Part shown: positions 27,210 to 36,244 of the stretch, one piece after another | Numbering within the stretch: position 1 is the first letter of the stretch | How the letters are laid out: each line of letters opens with the position of its first letter | Source: Candidatus Daviesbacteria bacterium | GTDB taxonomy: Bacteria > Patescibacteriota > Microgenomatia > Daviesbacterales > UBA10151 | Assembly: GCA_016187025.1 (NCBI GenBank) | Contig: JACPKM010000001.1 | Span: 245,688 to 309,687, forward strand | Length of the DNA: 64,000 nt | Direction of reading: 5' to 3' | Program-made: the position numbers and the translations under genes | Notes under the pieces: model-generated | Told to the model about the DNA's origin: nothing | What the model saw: only the letters and a program-made list of their open reading frames with translations | The model's database searches: none

Positions 27210-29153
27210 ATGGCTAAAATTATTGGTATTGATTTAGGGACAACAAATTCAGCAGTGGCGGTGATGGAGGGTGGAAAGCCCAAAGTTATTCATAGTGCAG
27301 AGGGGGAAAATATTATCCCCTCTGTTGTTAATCCGACCAAAAATATAGTTGGAAGAGTAGCCAAGCGCCAGGCTGTGGTAAACCCCAAAGAGACAATTTT
27401 TTCTGTGAAAAGACTGATGGGCAGAAAGTACAAGGACTCCGAGGTACAAAGGGATATTAAATGGCTTCCATACACGATTAAAGAAGGCCGCGAAGGTATG
27501 GCTGTTGTAGAAGTTGAAGGTCATGAATATACCCCTCAAGAAATTTCCGCCCAAATTCTGCAAAAAATTAAATCCGATGCAGAGTCTTATTTAGGTGAGA
27601 AAGTTACGGATGCGGTCGTTACAGTTCCTGCTTATTTTGATGATGCCCAAAGGCAAGCTACCAAACAAGCAGGGGAAATTGCCGGACTTAATGTTCAAAG
27701 GATTATTAACGAACCAACTGCTGCAGCTTTGGCTTATGGGCTGGATAAATCCCATGCTCACACGATAGCTGTTTATGATCTGGGTGGAGGGACTTTTGAT
27801 ATCTCAATTTTGGAGCTTGGGGACGGTGTGTTTGAGGTCAAATCAACCAACGGTGATACTCACTTAGGAGGCGATGATTTTGACCAGGTAATCTTAGATC
27901 ATTTGGCAGAAGAGTTTAAAAAGGAACAGGGAATTGATCTAAAGGGGGACAGGCAAGCTCTGCAAAGGCTTCGGGATGCAGCTGAAAAAGCCAAGATTGA
28001 ACTCTCTTCCACTACCGAGGCTGAAATCTCGATCCCGTTTGTGACTGCTGATGCCTCAGGACCCAAGCATTTAGAAATGAAGTTATCCAGGTCAAAGCTT
28101 GAGGCTATGGTTAAACCTTTGATTGATAAAACTTTTGAGGCTGTTAAGGCTGCTTTGAAGGATTCAAAACATGAACCCAAAGAGATAGGTGAGGTGGTTT
28201 TAGTAGGGGGCATGACCAGAATGCCTGCAGTCCAAAAGGCAGTATCCGACTTTTTTGGCAAAGAACCACACAAAGGTATTAATCCGGACGAGGTGGTAGC
28301 TGTGGGAGCAGCCATTCAAGGAGGGGTTTTGGGCGGAGAGGTTAAAGACGTATTGCTTTTGGATGTGACTCCCCTGACTTTAGGCATTGAAACTTTGGGC
28401 GGAGTCAGAACTTCATTAATCTCTCGAAATACTACTATCCCAACTTCAAAGAGTGAAGTTTTCTCAACAGCTGCAGACAATCAGCCTGCAGTAGAGATTA
28501 ATGTCTTGCAAGGTGAAAGAGAGATGGCAGCAGATAACAAATCTTTAGGCAGGTTTGTGTTAGATGGAATTCCTCCTGCGCCCCGTGGTGTACCGCAAGT
28601 TGAAGTAACCTTTGACATTGATGCCAGCGGAATTTTGAATGTAACAGCTCATGACAAAGCAACCGGTAAGAAGCAAAATATCACCATTACCGGATCAACT
28701 GGTCTATCTAAAGATGAAGTGGAGAAAATGACCAAGGAGGCAGAAGCTCATGCTGAAGAAGATAAAAAGAGGAAAGAAGAAATTGAAATCAGAAATACAG
28801 CCGATTCCCTGGTATATTCAACTGAGCGAACCCTAAAAGACGCTGGAATAAAAGTGTCAGAAGATGTTAAAAAAGATGTGCAGGGAAAGGTGGATGAATT
28901 AAAGGAAGCTTTGAAAGGCGCATCCGTTGATGAAATTAAATCCAAAGCAGACGCTTTGGCTGAAAGCTCGCAAAAAATAGGGCAAGCAATGTACCAAGGC
29001 CAGCAAGCAGCTGGGGCACCAGGTGCTGAGACTCAATCTACTGAACAACCCGCAGGAGAGCAATCGCAGAGCGGAGAAGCTCCAAAAACTGAAGAAGCAG
29101 TCGAAGGTGAGGTGGTAGAAGAGGAGAAAAAGGATGACAGCGGAAAAGCCTGA
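27210..29153 (+). CDS. dnaK: chaperone DnaK (Hsp70)
   Basis: [22 protein letters not shown], full NBD and SBD, acidic C-terminus. Confidence 0.95.
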   Translation: MAKIIGIDLGTTNSAVAVMEGGKPKVIHSAEGENIIPSVVNPTKNIVGRVAKRQAVVNPKETIFSVKRLMGRKYKDSEVQRDIKWLPYTIKEGREGMAVVEVEGHEYTPQEISAQILQKIKSDAESYLGEKVTDAVVTVPAYFDDAQRQATKQAGEIAGLNVQRIINEPTAAALAYGLDKSHAHTIAVYDLGGGTFDISILELGDGVFEVKSTNGDTHLGGDDFDQVILDHLAEEFKKEQGIDLKGDRQALQRLRDAAEKAKIELSSTTEAEISIPFVTADASGPKHLEMKLSRSKLEAMVKPLIDKTFEAVKAALKDSKHEPKEIGEVVLVGGMTRMPAVQKAVSDFFGKEPHKGINPDEVVAVGAAIQGGVLGGEVKDVLLLDVTPLTLGIETLGGVRTSLISRNTTIPTSKSEVFSTAADNQPAVEINVLQGEREMAADNKSLGRFVLDGIPPAPRGVPQVEVTFDIDASGILNVTAHDKATGKKQNITITGSTGLSKDEVEKMTKEAEAHAEEDKKRKEEIEIRNTADSLVYSTERTLKDAGIKVSEDVKKDVQGKVDELKEALKGASVDEIKSKADALAESSQKIGQAMYQGQQAAGAPGAETQSTEQPAGEQSQSGEAPKTEEAVEGEVVEEEKKDDSGKA

Positions 29154-29186
29154 AATTAGACAATTAACACTTCTTATGGATATCCA

Positions 29187-29209
29187 GCCTCGGGAATCCG
29201 AGGCTTTTT
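29187..29209 (+). terminator. intrinsic terminator after dnaK (GCCTCGG-GAAT-CCGAGGC + TTTTT)
   Basis: 7-bp GC-rich stem, tetraloop, followed by a T5 run. Confidence 0.55.
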
Positions 29210-29217
29210 AAAAGGAA

Positions 29218-29547
29218 ATGAAAAAAAATATTATCAGTGAAAAATTAAAAGGTTTTGAAATCAAGTTTAGCACCAAACCAGGTGTTTTTTCTGAACATGG
29301 GCTTGATGAAGGTAGTAAGCTGCTGATTGATCATATGGCAATAACAGATGAAACTATTTTGGCTGATTTAGGTTGTGGCTCTGGAGTAATAGGTTTTGTG
29401 CATTTAAAGCCTAAAGGGGAAACTACTTGGGTAGTTCAAACTCAAATCAAACCTGTTGTTGAGCGTTTATTTGAAAAGTATTTTGGAAACTGTAAAATAG
29501 TGGCAGCTGGAAAAAGACACGTGATTATAAAAGCGCAGAAAGGATAA
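29218..29547 (+). pseudogene. RsmC/RlmG-like small-domain methyltransferase with in-frame internal deletion (N-terminal region plus motif I fused to the C-terminal strand; catalytic NPPxH region absent)
   Basis: FSTKPGVFSEHGLDEGSKLL...DLGCGSGVIG followed directly by ...FGNCKIVAAGKRHVIIKAQKG; only 109 aa. Confidence 0.4.
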
Positions 29548-29549
29548 AT

Positions 29550-30476
29550 ATGGCAGCTAAAAAAGATTACTATGACATATTAGGGATTACAAAAAATTCC
29601 TCAGAGGCAGAAATTAAATCTGCCTATCGTAAGTTGGCAAGAAAACATCATCCGGATATAGACAAGTCAGCTGGTGCAGCGGAAAGATTTAAAGAAATCT
29701 CAGAAGCTTATCAGGTTTTATCTGATACACAAAAAAAGGGTGCTTACGATCAGTTTGGTCATGCAGCCTTTGATAGAGGAGCGGGTGGGACTGGACCATT
29801 TGGAGCAGGGGCAGGTGGGTTTAACCCCTTTGGGCAAGGAGGATTTAGAACATACACCTGGTCTACAGGTGGAGGAGGGTCAAACACTGGATTTGATTTT
29901 GGCGGGTTTGAAGATCCGTTTGACCTTTTTGAACAGATTTTTGGTGGAGCATCTCCCTTTGGAGGGTTTAGCAGAAGACCTACCTATCAAATGAACCTAA
30001 TATTTGATGAAGCTATAAAAGGAGTTACTAAAGAGATAGAAATAGAGCAGAGAAACCAAAAAGGGACGATAGAGCGAAAGAGAATGAAAATTAAAGTTCC
30101 TGCTGGTGTTACTAATGGAACCAAAATACGGTTTGGGGATATCGATATTGTTTTTCAGGTGGAAAGGCATCCAGAGTTTATCAGAGAGGGAGCAGATGTT
30201 TTTTCAGATATCAGAGTCTCTATTCCGCAACTGGTTTTAGGGGAGACTTTAGAAGTAAATACTGTAGGAGGAAAGGTTAAGGTGAAATTACCTGCTGCTA
30301 CCCAGCCTGGTTCACTGGTAAAGTTAAAGGGTAAAGGTGCACCTTCGCTTCGAGGAGGATATGGTGATCATTATGTTAGGGTGAATGTTTCTATTCCAAA
30401 GACCCTTTCAAAACAGGAAAAAGAGCTTTATGAGAAACTGAAAGAACTCTCTTCAAATAAAAAAGGGTGGTTTTGA
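29550..30476 (+). CDS. dnaJ: DnaJ-class co-chaperone, type II (J domain + G/F region + C-terminal domains, no zinc finger)
   Basis: KDYYDILGI...KHHPD J domain, Gly/Phe-rich region, no CxxCxGxG repeats. Confidence 0.8.
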   Translation: MAAKKDYYDILGITKNSSEAEIKSAYRKLARKHHPDIDKSAGAAERFKEISEAYQVLSDTQKKGAYDQFGHAAFDRGAGGTGPFGAGAGGFNPFGQGGFRTYTWSTGGGGSNTGFDFGGFEDPFDLFEQIFGGASPFGGFSRRPTYQMNLIFDEAIKGVTKEIEIEQRNQKGTIERKRMKIKVPAGVTNGTKIRFGDIDIVFQVERHPEFIREGADVFSDIRVSIPQLVLGETLEVNTVGGKVKVKLPAATQPGSLVKLKGKGAPSLRGGYGDHYVRVNVSIPKTLSKQEKELYEKLKELSSNKKGWF

Positions 30477-30932
30477 TTACCAATACTCCGGATCAAAAAA
30501 TCCATGATATACTCTCACTATCAAAAAATAAAATCCTAATGGTTGATTATGGTCAATTTGGTCAACTAGTAAGTGTCCAAATACTCCCAGACTTAGAGAT
30601 AGCAGTATTGTTTTATATCGAACAAAACTTTTTCTTTTACTCAAGATAAACAAAACAATCGCTATCTCCCAGGAATGAAGAGGTACAAACACTCTATTTG
30701 TTATATCAAAATAATCTCCACTTATAATGTTAGTTAAGTTTATATTTAGACCGTAAGCATAAAAGTAGTCTATAAAATGGTCTATATCCAAAAACATAGA
30801 AGCAACAACTGTCCAAAATAATGCTTTCCATTCTTTAGTCTTTTGAAAGATAACAACTCCAGTTGCTATTGCCAAAAACAGGTGGATTAGTTCATGGGTC
30901 AGTAGTTCATTTAGCATGAATTTAAAAATCAA
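30477..30932 (-). CDS. hypothetical integral membrane protein (possible metal-dependent membrane hydrolase, DxDH-like)
   Basis: Four to five hydrophobic segments; FLDIDHFIDY and LLVDQIDH motifs. Confidence 0.35.
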   Translation of the reverse strand: MIFKFMLNELLTHELIHLFLAIATGVVIFQKTKEWKALFWTVVASMFLDIDHFIDYFYAYGLNINLTNIISGDYFDITNRVFVPLHSWEIAIVLFILSKRKSFVRYKTILLSLSLGVFGHLLVDQIDHNQPLGFYFLIVRVYHGFFDPEYW

Positions 30933-31849
30933 ATACCTTGTGTTTGAGAAGGGGGTTGGGTAGTTTCATAAATTTTTTCCAGGTTTTGTTGTGGTTTAGG
31001 GCTAATTTGCGGAAGATATCTGGTTCCTAAAAAACCCAGGATAAATATTAATATCCAACCAGCCAAGGAAACTAAAACAGGAATTAAAAGTTTAGCTTGC
31101 TGGTTAGGGGCAGTTGCTTTTGTTTGTTTATAGGCTGTGAAGATATAACATAAGCTAAACCAGCCAAAAAGTATGTTGGCTATAAACTGAAGAACTGGAA
31201 AATCATTTAAAACAGAAATTATCAAAATACTAATTACCCAAATTATAAAAAACCTTAATGCCAAAGGCCAAAAGTTGCTCTTGATCAAAGATACACTTGA
31301 TCTGATGGAATCTAATCCTTTTTTACCCCCCAAGATAAGCTCAAAGTAATAAAAACTGAATAAAAAGCCAATTACTATTCCTGGAATAATAAACAAAAAC
31401 ACTCCTCCTAATACAATCAAACTTGATAGAAGGCCGATAAGTATTAAAGGGAGCATAAATTTCAGGCTGGTTTTGAAGATTTCTCTAAAAGAAACCTTTG
31501 CGTTATCAGGGTAATCTAGAATTAAAATCGATCCTATAACTACAAAAATAGTCATAACGGTAAAACCAATCAGAAGCAAAATTAGTATGATACTAAACAA
31601 AGGTATCATTCCCGAAAATGTAGCTGGGTTAAAGTTTCCAGATTGAAATGCTGAAGAAAAAACTCCTATGCCTACACCGGAAATTAGCAATATTACTGCT
31701 GCTACTATAGCCAAAAAGACAAAACCTGCTAGGCCTATGATATTAACAATGAATAAGTTTAATAATTTTTTGGCAAATAATTTCCAGGAATCTTTAAAAA
31801 GAGTTTGGATTGCAGGAAGGCTTTTATCCACTAATTCAGTGTAAAGCAA
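30929..31849 (-). CDS. hypothetical polytopic membrane protein
   Basis: 306 aa with at least eight hydrophobic helices; overlaps the downstream gene by 4 nt. Confidence 0.45.
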   Translation of the reverse strand: MLYTELVDKSLPAIQTLFKDSWKLFAKKLLNLFIVNIIGLAGFVFLAIVAAVILLISGVGIGVFSSAFQSGNFNPATFSGMIPLFSIILILLLIGFTVMTIFVVIGSILILDYPDNAKVSFREIFKTSLKFMLPLILIGLLSSLIVLGGVFLFIIPGIVIGFLFSFYYFELILGGKKGLDSIRSSVSLIKSNFWPLALRFFIIWVISILIISVLNDFPVLQFIANILFGWFSLCYIFTAYKQTKATAPNQQAKLLIPVLVSLAGWILIFILGFLGTRYLPQISPKPQQNLEKIYETTQPPSQTQGI

Positions 31850-31930
31850 AGCCAGTTGAGTGTCAATATAAGATTAGGCTTGACTTAAAATAAGTAAAGA
31901 GAGTAAAATATCTGTGGTTAATAATCCAAA

Positions 31931-31954
31931 GGAATATATTAACTAATATATTCC
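31931..31954 (+). promoter_or_regulatory. perfect 10-bp AT-rich inverted repeat (GGAATATATT-AACT-AATATATTCC) in the nusA leader
   Basis: Direct reading; 45 nt upstream of the nusA ATG. Confidence 0.3.
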
Positions 31955-31964
31955 AAAATCCTTA

Positions 31965-31994
31965 AAGGTGGGACTAGTGCCCACCTTAATTTTT
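31965..31994 (+). promoter_or_regulatory. terminator-like hairpin with T-tract immediately upstream of the nusA start codon (candidate attenuator)
   Basis: AAGGTGGG-ACTAGTG-CCCACCTT followed by AATTTTT, ending 4 nt before the ATG at 31999. Confidence 0.35.
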
Positions 31995-31998
31995 AGAT

Positions 31999-33129
31999 AT
32001 GGCACAGGCTAGAACAGAATTTGCAGCTGCATTAAATCAAATTGCCTCTGAAAAAGGGGTTGAACCTTCTGTGGTTTTAGAAGCAATTAAAGCTGCAGCA
32101 ATTGCTGCTTATAAAAAAGATTTAGTCTTAAGAAATGAAACAGTTCCCGAGGATTTTAGCGATTACTCATCTAAAGTAGATCCTGTAACAGGTGAAATCA
32201 CTATCTTTCGTGGCAGTGATAATGTAACCCCTCCTGGTTTTGCCAGAATTGCCGCATCCATTGCCAAACAGGTAATAATGCAAAAGCTAAACGAGGCAGA
32301 GAGAAGTGCGATTTTATCAGAGTATGAGAATAAAGTAGGATCTGTTATTTCTGGAGCAATCCAAAGACAAGAAGGAAACACCTATTTTGTAGACTTAGGT
32401 AGAGCTGAAGGAATTCTACCTCCTTCAGATCAAAGCCGGGATGAAATTTATCATCAAAATCAAAGATTAAAGTTTTATATTAAAGAGATTAGGGAAGGCG
32501 GACGGGGTTCCGAAGTAGTCGTTTCCAGGACTGATCCAGGACTTATTAAGGGACTTTTTACAATAGAGGTTCCGGAAATACAATCCGGAAATGTTGAAGT
32601 GAAAGCCATTGCCCGTGAAGCCGGTTCAAGAACCAAAATTGCTGCTATCTCCACACAAGATGGTGTTGATCCAGTCGGATCCTTGGTTGGTCAAAAAGGA
32701 GTAAGAGTTCAGGCTGTTATGAGTGAGTTAGGAGATGAAAAAATTGACATTATTCAATACTCAGAAGATCCAGCCAGGTTTATTGCTGCAGCACTATCTC
32801 CGGCAAAAGATGTAATAGTAAGGTTAGATAAGGAAAGTAAAGTTGCCAAAGTGATTGTTCCGCAAAATCAGCTGTCACTCGCCATTGGTAAAGGTGGACA
32901 AAATGTTAGACTGGCTGCAAAACTAACAGGGTGGAAGATTGATATTGAGGGATCAGGAGAACCTGAGATACAAGCCGAGGCGGTAAGTGAGGAAGAAGCT
33001 GGAACAGGTGAGAGAAAAGAAAAACCTGCCACAGCACCAACTCAAGCAACACCAGTTGATGACACACAAACAACAGATCTTTCTGCAGAAGAAACCACAG
33101 CTAAAGAAGAAGCAAGAAGCAAGAAGTAA
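31999..33129 (+). CDS. nusA: transcription termination/antitermination factor NusA
   Basis: N-terminal domain, S1 and two KH domains, acidic C-terminal tail. Confidence 0.9.
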   Translation: MAQARTEFAAALNQIASEKGVEPSVVLEAIKAAAIAAYKKDLVLRNETVPEDFSDYSSKVDPVTGEITIFRGSDNVTPPGFARIAASIAKQVIMQKLNEAERSAILSEYENKVGSVISGAIQRQEGNTYFVDLGRAEGILPPSDQSRDEIYHQNQRLKFYIKEIREGGRGSEVVVSRTDPGLIKGLFTIEVPEIQSGNVEVKAIAREAGSRTKIAAISTQDGVDPVGSLVGQKGVRVQAVMSELGDEKIDIIQYSEDPARFIAAALSPAKDVIVRLDKESKVAKVIVPQNQLSLAIGKGGQNVRLAAKLTGWKIDIEGSGEPEIQAEAVSEEEAGTGERKEKPATAPTQATPVDDTQTTDLSAEETTAKEEARSKK

Positions 33130-33227
33130 GAATAATGGTTATGACACGTTTTTTAAATTTCCTTGATTCAAAATTCTAGCTTCTAAATTCTTCTAAAAGG
33201 TTTAATATAAAGACAGGAAAAAAATTA

Positions 33228-34679
33228 ATGGCAGAAATATCACGTCCACCTATTGTTACGATCCTAGGCCATGTTGATCATGGAAAAACTACCCTGCTCG
33301 ATTTTATAAGAAAAGCAAATGTTGCCTCCAAAGAACATGGGGGTATTACCCAGCATATTGGAGCATATCAGGCAGAGCACGAAGGTAAGTTAATAACTTT
33401 TATTGATACTCCAGGTCATGCTGCATTTGAAAATATGAGATCAAGAGGAGCAAGGGTGGCAGATGTTGCAGTTTTGGTAGTTGCCATAGACGATGGGATT
33501 ATGCCTCAAACAGTTGAGGCAATCAAACATATAAAAAGTGCAAAGGTATCGATGGTTGTAGCCATCAACAAAGTTGACCTTCCAGGAATTGAAAAACAAG
33601 TCCAGCTGCAAAAGATAAAAAAACAGTTGTCTGATCATGAGGTGGTCGTTGAGGAGTACGGCGGTGATGTACCTTTAATAACCTTGTCTGCAAAATCAGG
33701 TGACGGGGTAGATAAACTGCTAGAAATGATTAATTTGGTCGCTGAAGTCAATGAGATCAAAGGGGATCCTGATACTGCTCCTGGGGGAGTAGTAATAGAA
33801 TCAACTCTGGATAAATTTAAAGGACCTATTGCAACAATTTTGATCAGAAATGGATCTTTAAAAAAAGGAGACCAGATTTTGGTTGGTGGAGTTAAAGGAA
33901 AGGTTCGGGCAATGTTTGACTACAGTGGCAAACAACTTGAAAAAGCCTTACCGTCTATGCCGGTTGAGATATTGGGTTTAGAAGGAGTTCCTCCAGTAGG
34001 GTCAACTTTAGGCGAGGAAATGGAAGCAAAAAAGCGGGAAGTAACTGACTCAAGTTTACTGGGGAAGTTAAGAGATAAAGACAAGAAAACCTTGAAACTT
34101 GTTATTAAAGCAGACAAACAAGGTTCACTGGAAGCCATAGAAACATCTTTGGAAAAGTTCAATCAGGAGGGACAAGTGGTTGAGTTTATTTTTATAGGTA
34201 CAGGAGATGTCACAGAAGATAATGTTAAAAGAGCTGCTGCAGTTGGTGCAATTGTTTTAGGATTTAATGTAAAGGTAGTTCCAGCAGCAACAAAACTGGC
34301 AGAAAATGAGGGAGTTTTAATCAGAACCTACAATATTATTTATGAGTTGCTGGACGAGATGGAAGAGGTAGTAGAAGATTTACTGAGGGTAGGACAAGTA
34401 GAGGAAATTTTAGGAAGTGCCCAGGTTATTGCGGAGTTTCCTTATGGCAAAAATGAGAAAATAGCAGGTTGTAGGGTAGAAGAAGGAATAATTTCAAAAG
34501 GCCATAGGATAAGAATAGTGAGGGACGGAGAGATATTGAACGAAACAAGGATTAAATCTTTGAAAAAAGTGAAAGAAGAGGTCGCAAGGGTGGAAAAGGG
34601 AAATGATTGCGGAATGATGTTTGATTCTCAGGTAGAGTTTAGAATAGGTGATACTGTTGAATCCTTCAGGGTTATATGA
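33228..34679 (+). CDS. infB: translation initiation factor IF-2 (short form starting at the G domain)
   Basis: ILGHVDHGKTTLLD, DTPGH, NKVD; C-terminal beta-barrel domains. Confidence 0.9.
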   Translation: MAEISRPPIVTILGHVDHGKTTLLDFIRKANVASKEHGGITQHIGAYQAEHEGKLITFIDTPGHAAFENMRSRGARVADVAVLVVAIDDGIMPQTVEAIKHIKSAKVSMVVAINKVDLPGIEKQVQLQKIKKQLSDHEVVVEEYGGDVPLITLSAKSGDGVDKLLEMINLVAEVNEIKGDPDTAPGGVVIESTLDKFKGPIATILIRNGSLKKGDQILVGGVKGKVRAMFDYSGKQLEKALPSMPVEILGLEGVPPVGSTLGEEMEAKKREVTDSSLLGKLRDKDKKTLKLVIKADKQGSLEAIETSLEKFNQEGQVVEFIFIGTGDVTEDNVKRAAAVGAIVLGFNVKVVPAATKLAENEGVLIRTYNIIYELLDEMEEVVEDLLRVGQVEEILGSAQVIAEFPYGKNEKIAGCRVEEGIISKGHRIRIVRDGEILNETRIKSLKKVKEEVARVEKGNDCGMMFDSQVEFRIGDTVESFRVI

Positions 34680-34739
34680 CTTAGCTTGAAATTAGCGTCT
34701 CACTGAGTAATTTCGCGCTGCGCTTGAAATTATAGGATA

Positions 34740-35723
34740 TTGGTGGTAGAATCACCCTTACAAATGCAATACGATTCGCAACTAACAGAGCTAAAAAACC
34801 TACTTCCGGCAGCCAAGAGTATTCTTATTGCCCTTCCTATTGGTGCAAGTATTGATAAACTGGCTTCAGGATTGGCTCTTTTTCTGTCTTTGCAACAGCA
34901 AGGAAAAGAAGTTTCTATAGTTTCTGATGATAATGTAAACGTTTCCCAAGCCTACCTTTTTGGAGTAGACCGTATTCAAAAAAATGTCTCTCAAGCAGGA
35001 GGAGCAGGTGGAAACATGACTCTTGTATTGGAGGGGGTTGCTGCATCAGATGGAACAGTTCCAGCATTACAAAAGTTGGACTGGTTTGCAGAAAACAACA
35101 ATTTAAACTTAGTATTTCATATTATGCCAGGGCAGACCTTTCAGCCTGCAAAAATCACTCCCAAATACCAGGTTTCCGGATTTAGTTTAGTTTTCGTTAT
35201 TGGAGCAACAAATTTAAATAATTTAGGAAATTTATATACTCAAAATTCACAAATGTTTTCCGGGGCACATATTGTAAATTTTGATAATCAAACCTCAAAT
35301 AGTAACTTCGGGCAAACAAACCTACTAGATACTAACGCTGCCTCTCTCTCTGAAATGACTCAATCAGTGATTTCTTCACTGGGATTACCAGTTGATGCAG
35401 ATATAGCTAGTAACTTACTGGCAGGTATATTTGAAGCAACCAACAATCTGACAAGTTCAAATGTAACTGCCGATACTTTTATATCTGTAGCAGACTGCTT
35501 AAGAGCAGGTGGTAAAAAGCCACAAGGGATTCAAACCCAGGAGGGTCCAAAGCTAGAATTAAACCAATTCATGCCTCCGTCACAACAAGTTACTCAAACA
35601 CCGCAAAACCAGCCTTCTCAAGAGGAGCGTCCTGCCGGCGAGGGTTTAAGGTCTGCAGAATCTGTTGAAGTAGAGCCGGAATGGTTAACTCCAAAAATAT
35701 TTAAAGGTTCATCTATAGGATGA
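34740..35723 (+). CDS. hypothetical protein, possibly a degenerate DHH-family (NrnA-like) protein lacking the catalytic Asp/His residues
   Basis: Position downstream of infB where nrnA/rbfA usually sit; N-terminus SILIALPIGASIDKLASGLALFLSL resembles DHH motif I region but with DGD replaced. Confidence 0.3.
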   Translation: MVVESPLQMQYDSQLTELKNLLPAAKSILIALPIGASIDKLASGLALFLSLQQQGKEVSIVSDDNVNVSQAYLFGVDRIQKNVSQAGGAGGNMTLVLEGVAASDGTVPALQKLDWFAENNNLNLVFHIMPGQTFQPAKITPKYQVSGFSLVFVIGATNLNNLGNLYTQNSQMFSGAHIVNFDNQTSNSNFGQTNLLDTNAASLSEMTQSVISSLGLPVDADIASNLLAGIFEATNNLTSSNVTADTFISVADCLRAGGKKPQGIQTQEGPKLELNQFMPPSQQVTQTPQNQPSQEERPAGEGLRSAESVEVEPEWLTPKIFKGSSIG

Positions 35724-35826
35724 CTCCTTGCAAAATAGAAGATTCTTTGCTAGACTACGCATACAAATAAGGAATGACTTTTTGGCACCAAGGTTATTCC
35801 ATAAAAACATTTAAAAGGAGGATGCC

Positions 35827-36096
35827 ATGCCACTTGATCCAAAGATTAAGCAGAAAATAATTAAAGAGTTTGCAACTAAATCCGGTGATACAGGCTCTCC
35901 TGAAGTACAAGTTGCTCTTTTAACTGAACAAATTAAAAATCTTACTTCTCACTTAAAAGAACACACCCATGATATCCATTCAAGAAGAGGGCTTTTATCT
36001 ATGGTTAACAAGCGCAGAAGGTTATTGCAGTATTTAGTTAAAAAAGACGCGGACAGGTATAAAATCGTTATAGAAAAGTTAGGATTATCCAAGTAA
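35827..36096 (+). CDS. rpsO: 30S ribosomal protein S15
   Basis: 89 aa; [17 protein letters not shown]...HSRRGLL...RRRLLQYL consensus. Confidence 0.9.
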   Translation: MPLDPKIKQKIIKEFATKSGDTGSPEVQVALLTEQIKNLTSHLKEHTHDIHSRRGLLSMVNKRRRLLQYLVKKDADRYKIVIEKLGLSK

Positions 36097-36244
36097 GAGA
36101 TAGGTTACATGAAATTTGAAGTTAGTGTGTTATACTAACAAGCAAAGGATTTGGGGATTGCAAATTGTAGATAAGTAATAGACTTGCTTATCTTCAGTTC
36201 CACAGTTTCCAAATCTTCATAACTCACCGACTCTCTGCTAAAAA

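Noticed and set aside
30467-30649. 60-aa plus-strand ORF immediately after dnaJ.
   Set aside because: It overlaps the 3' end of the convergent membrane-protein gene (30477-30932) and has no motif. It is probably spurious.
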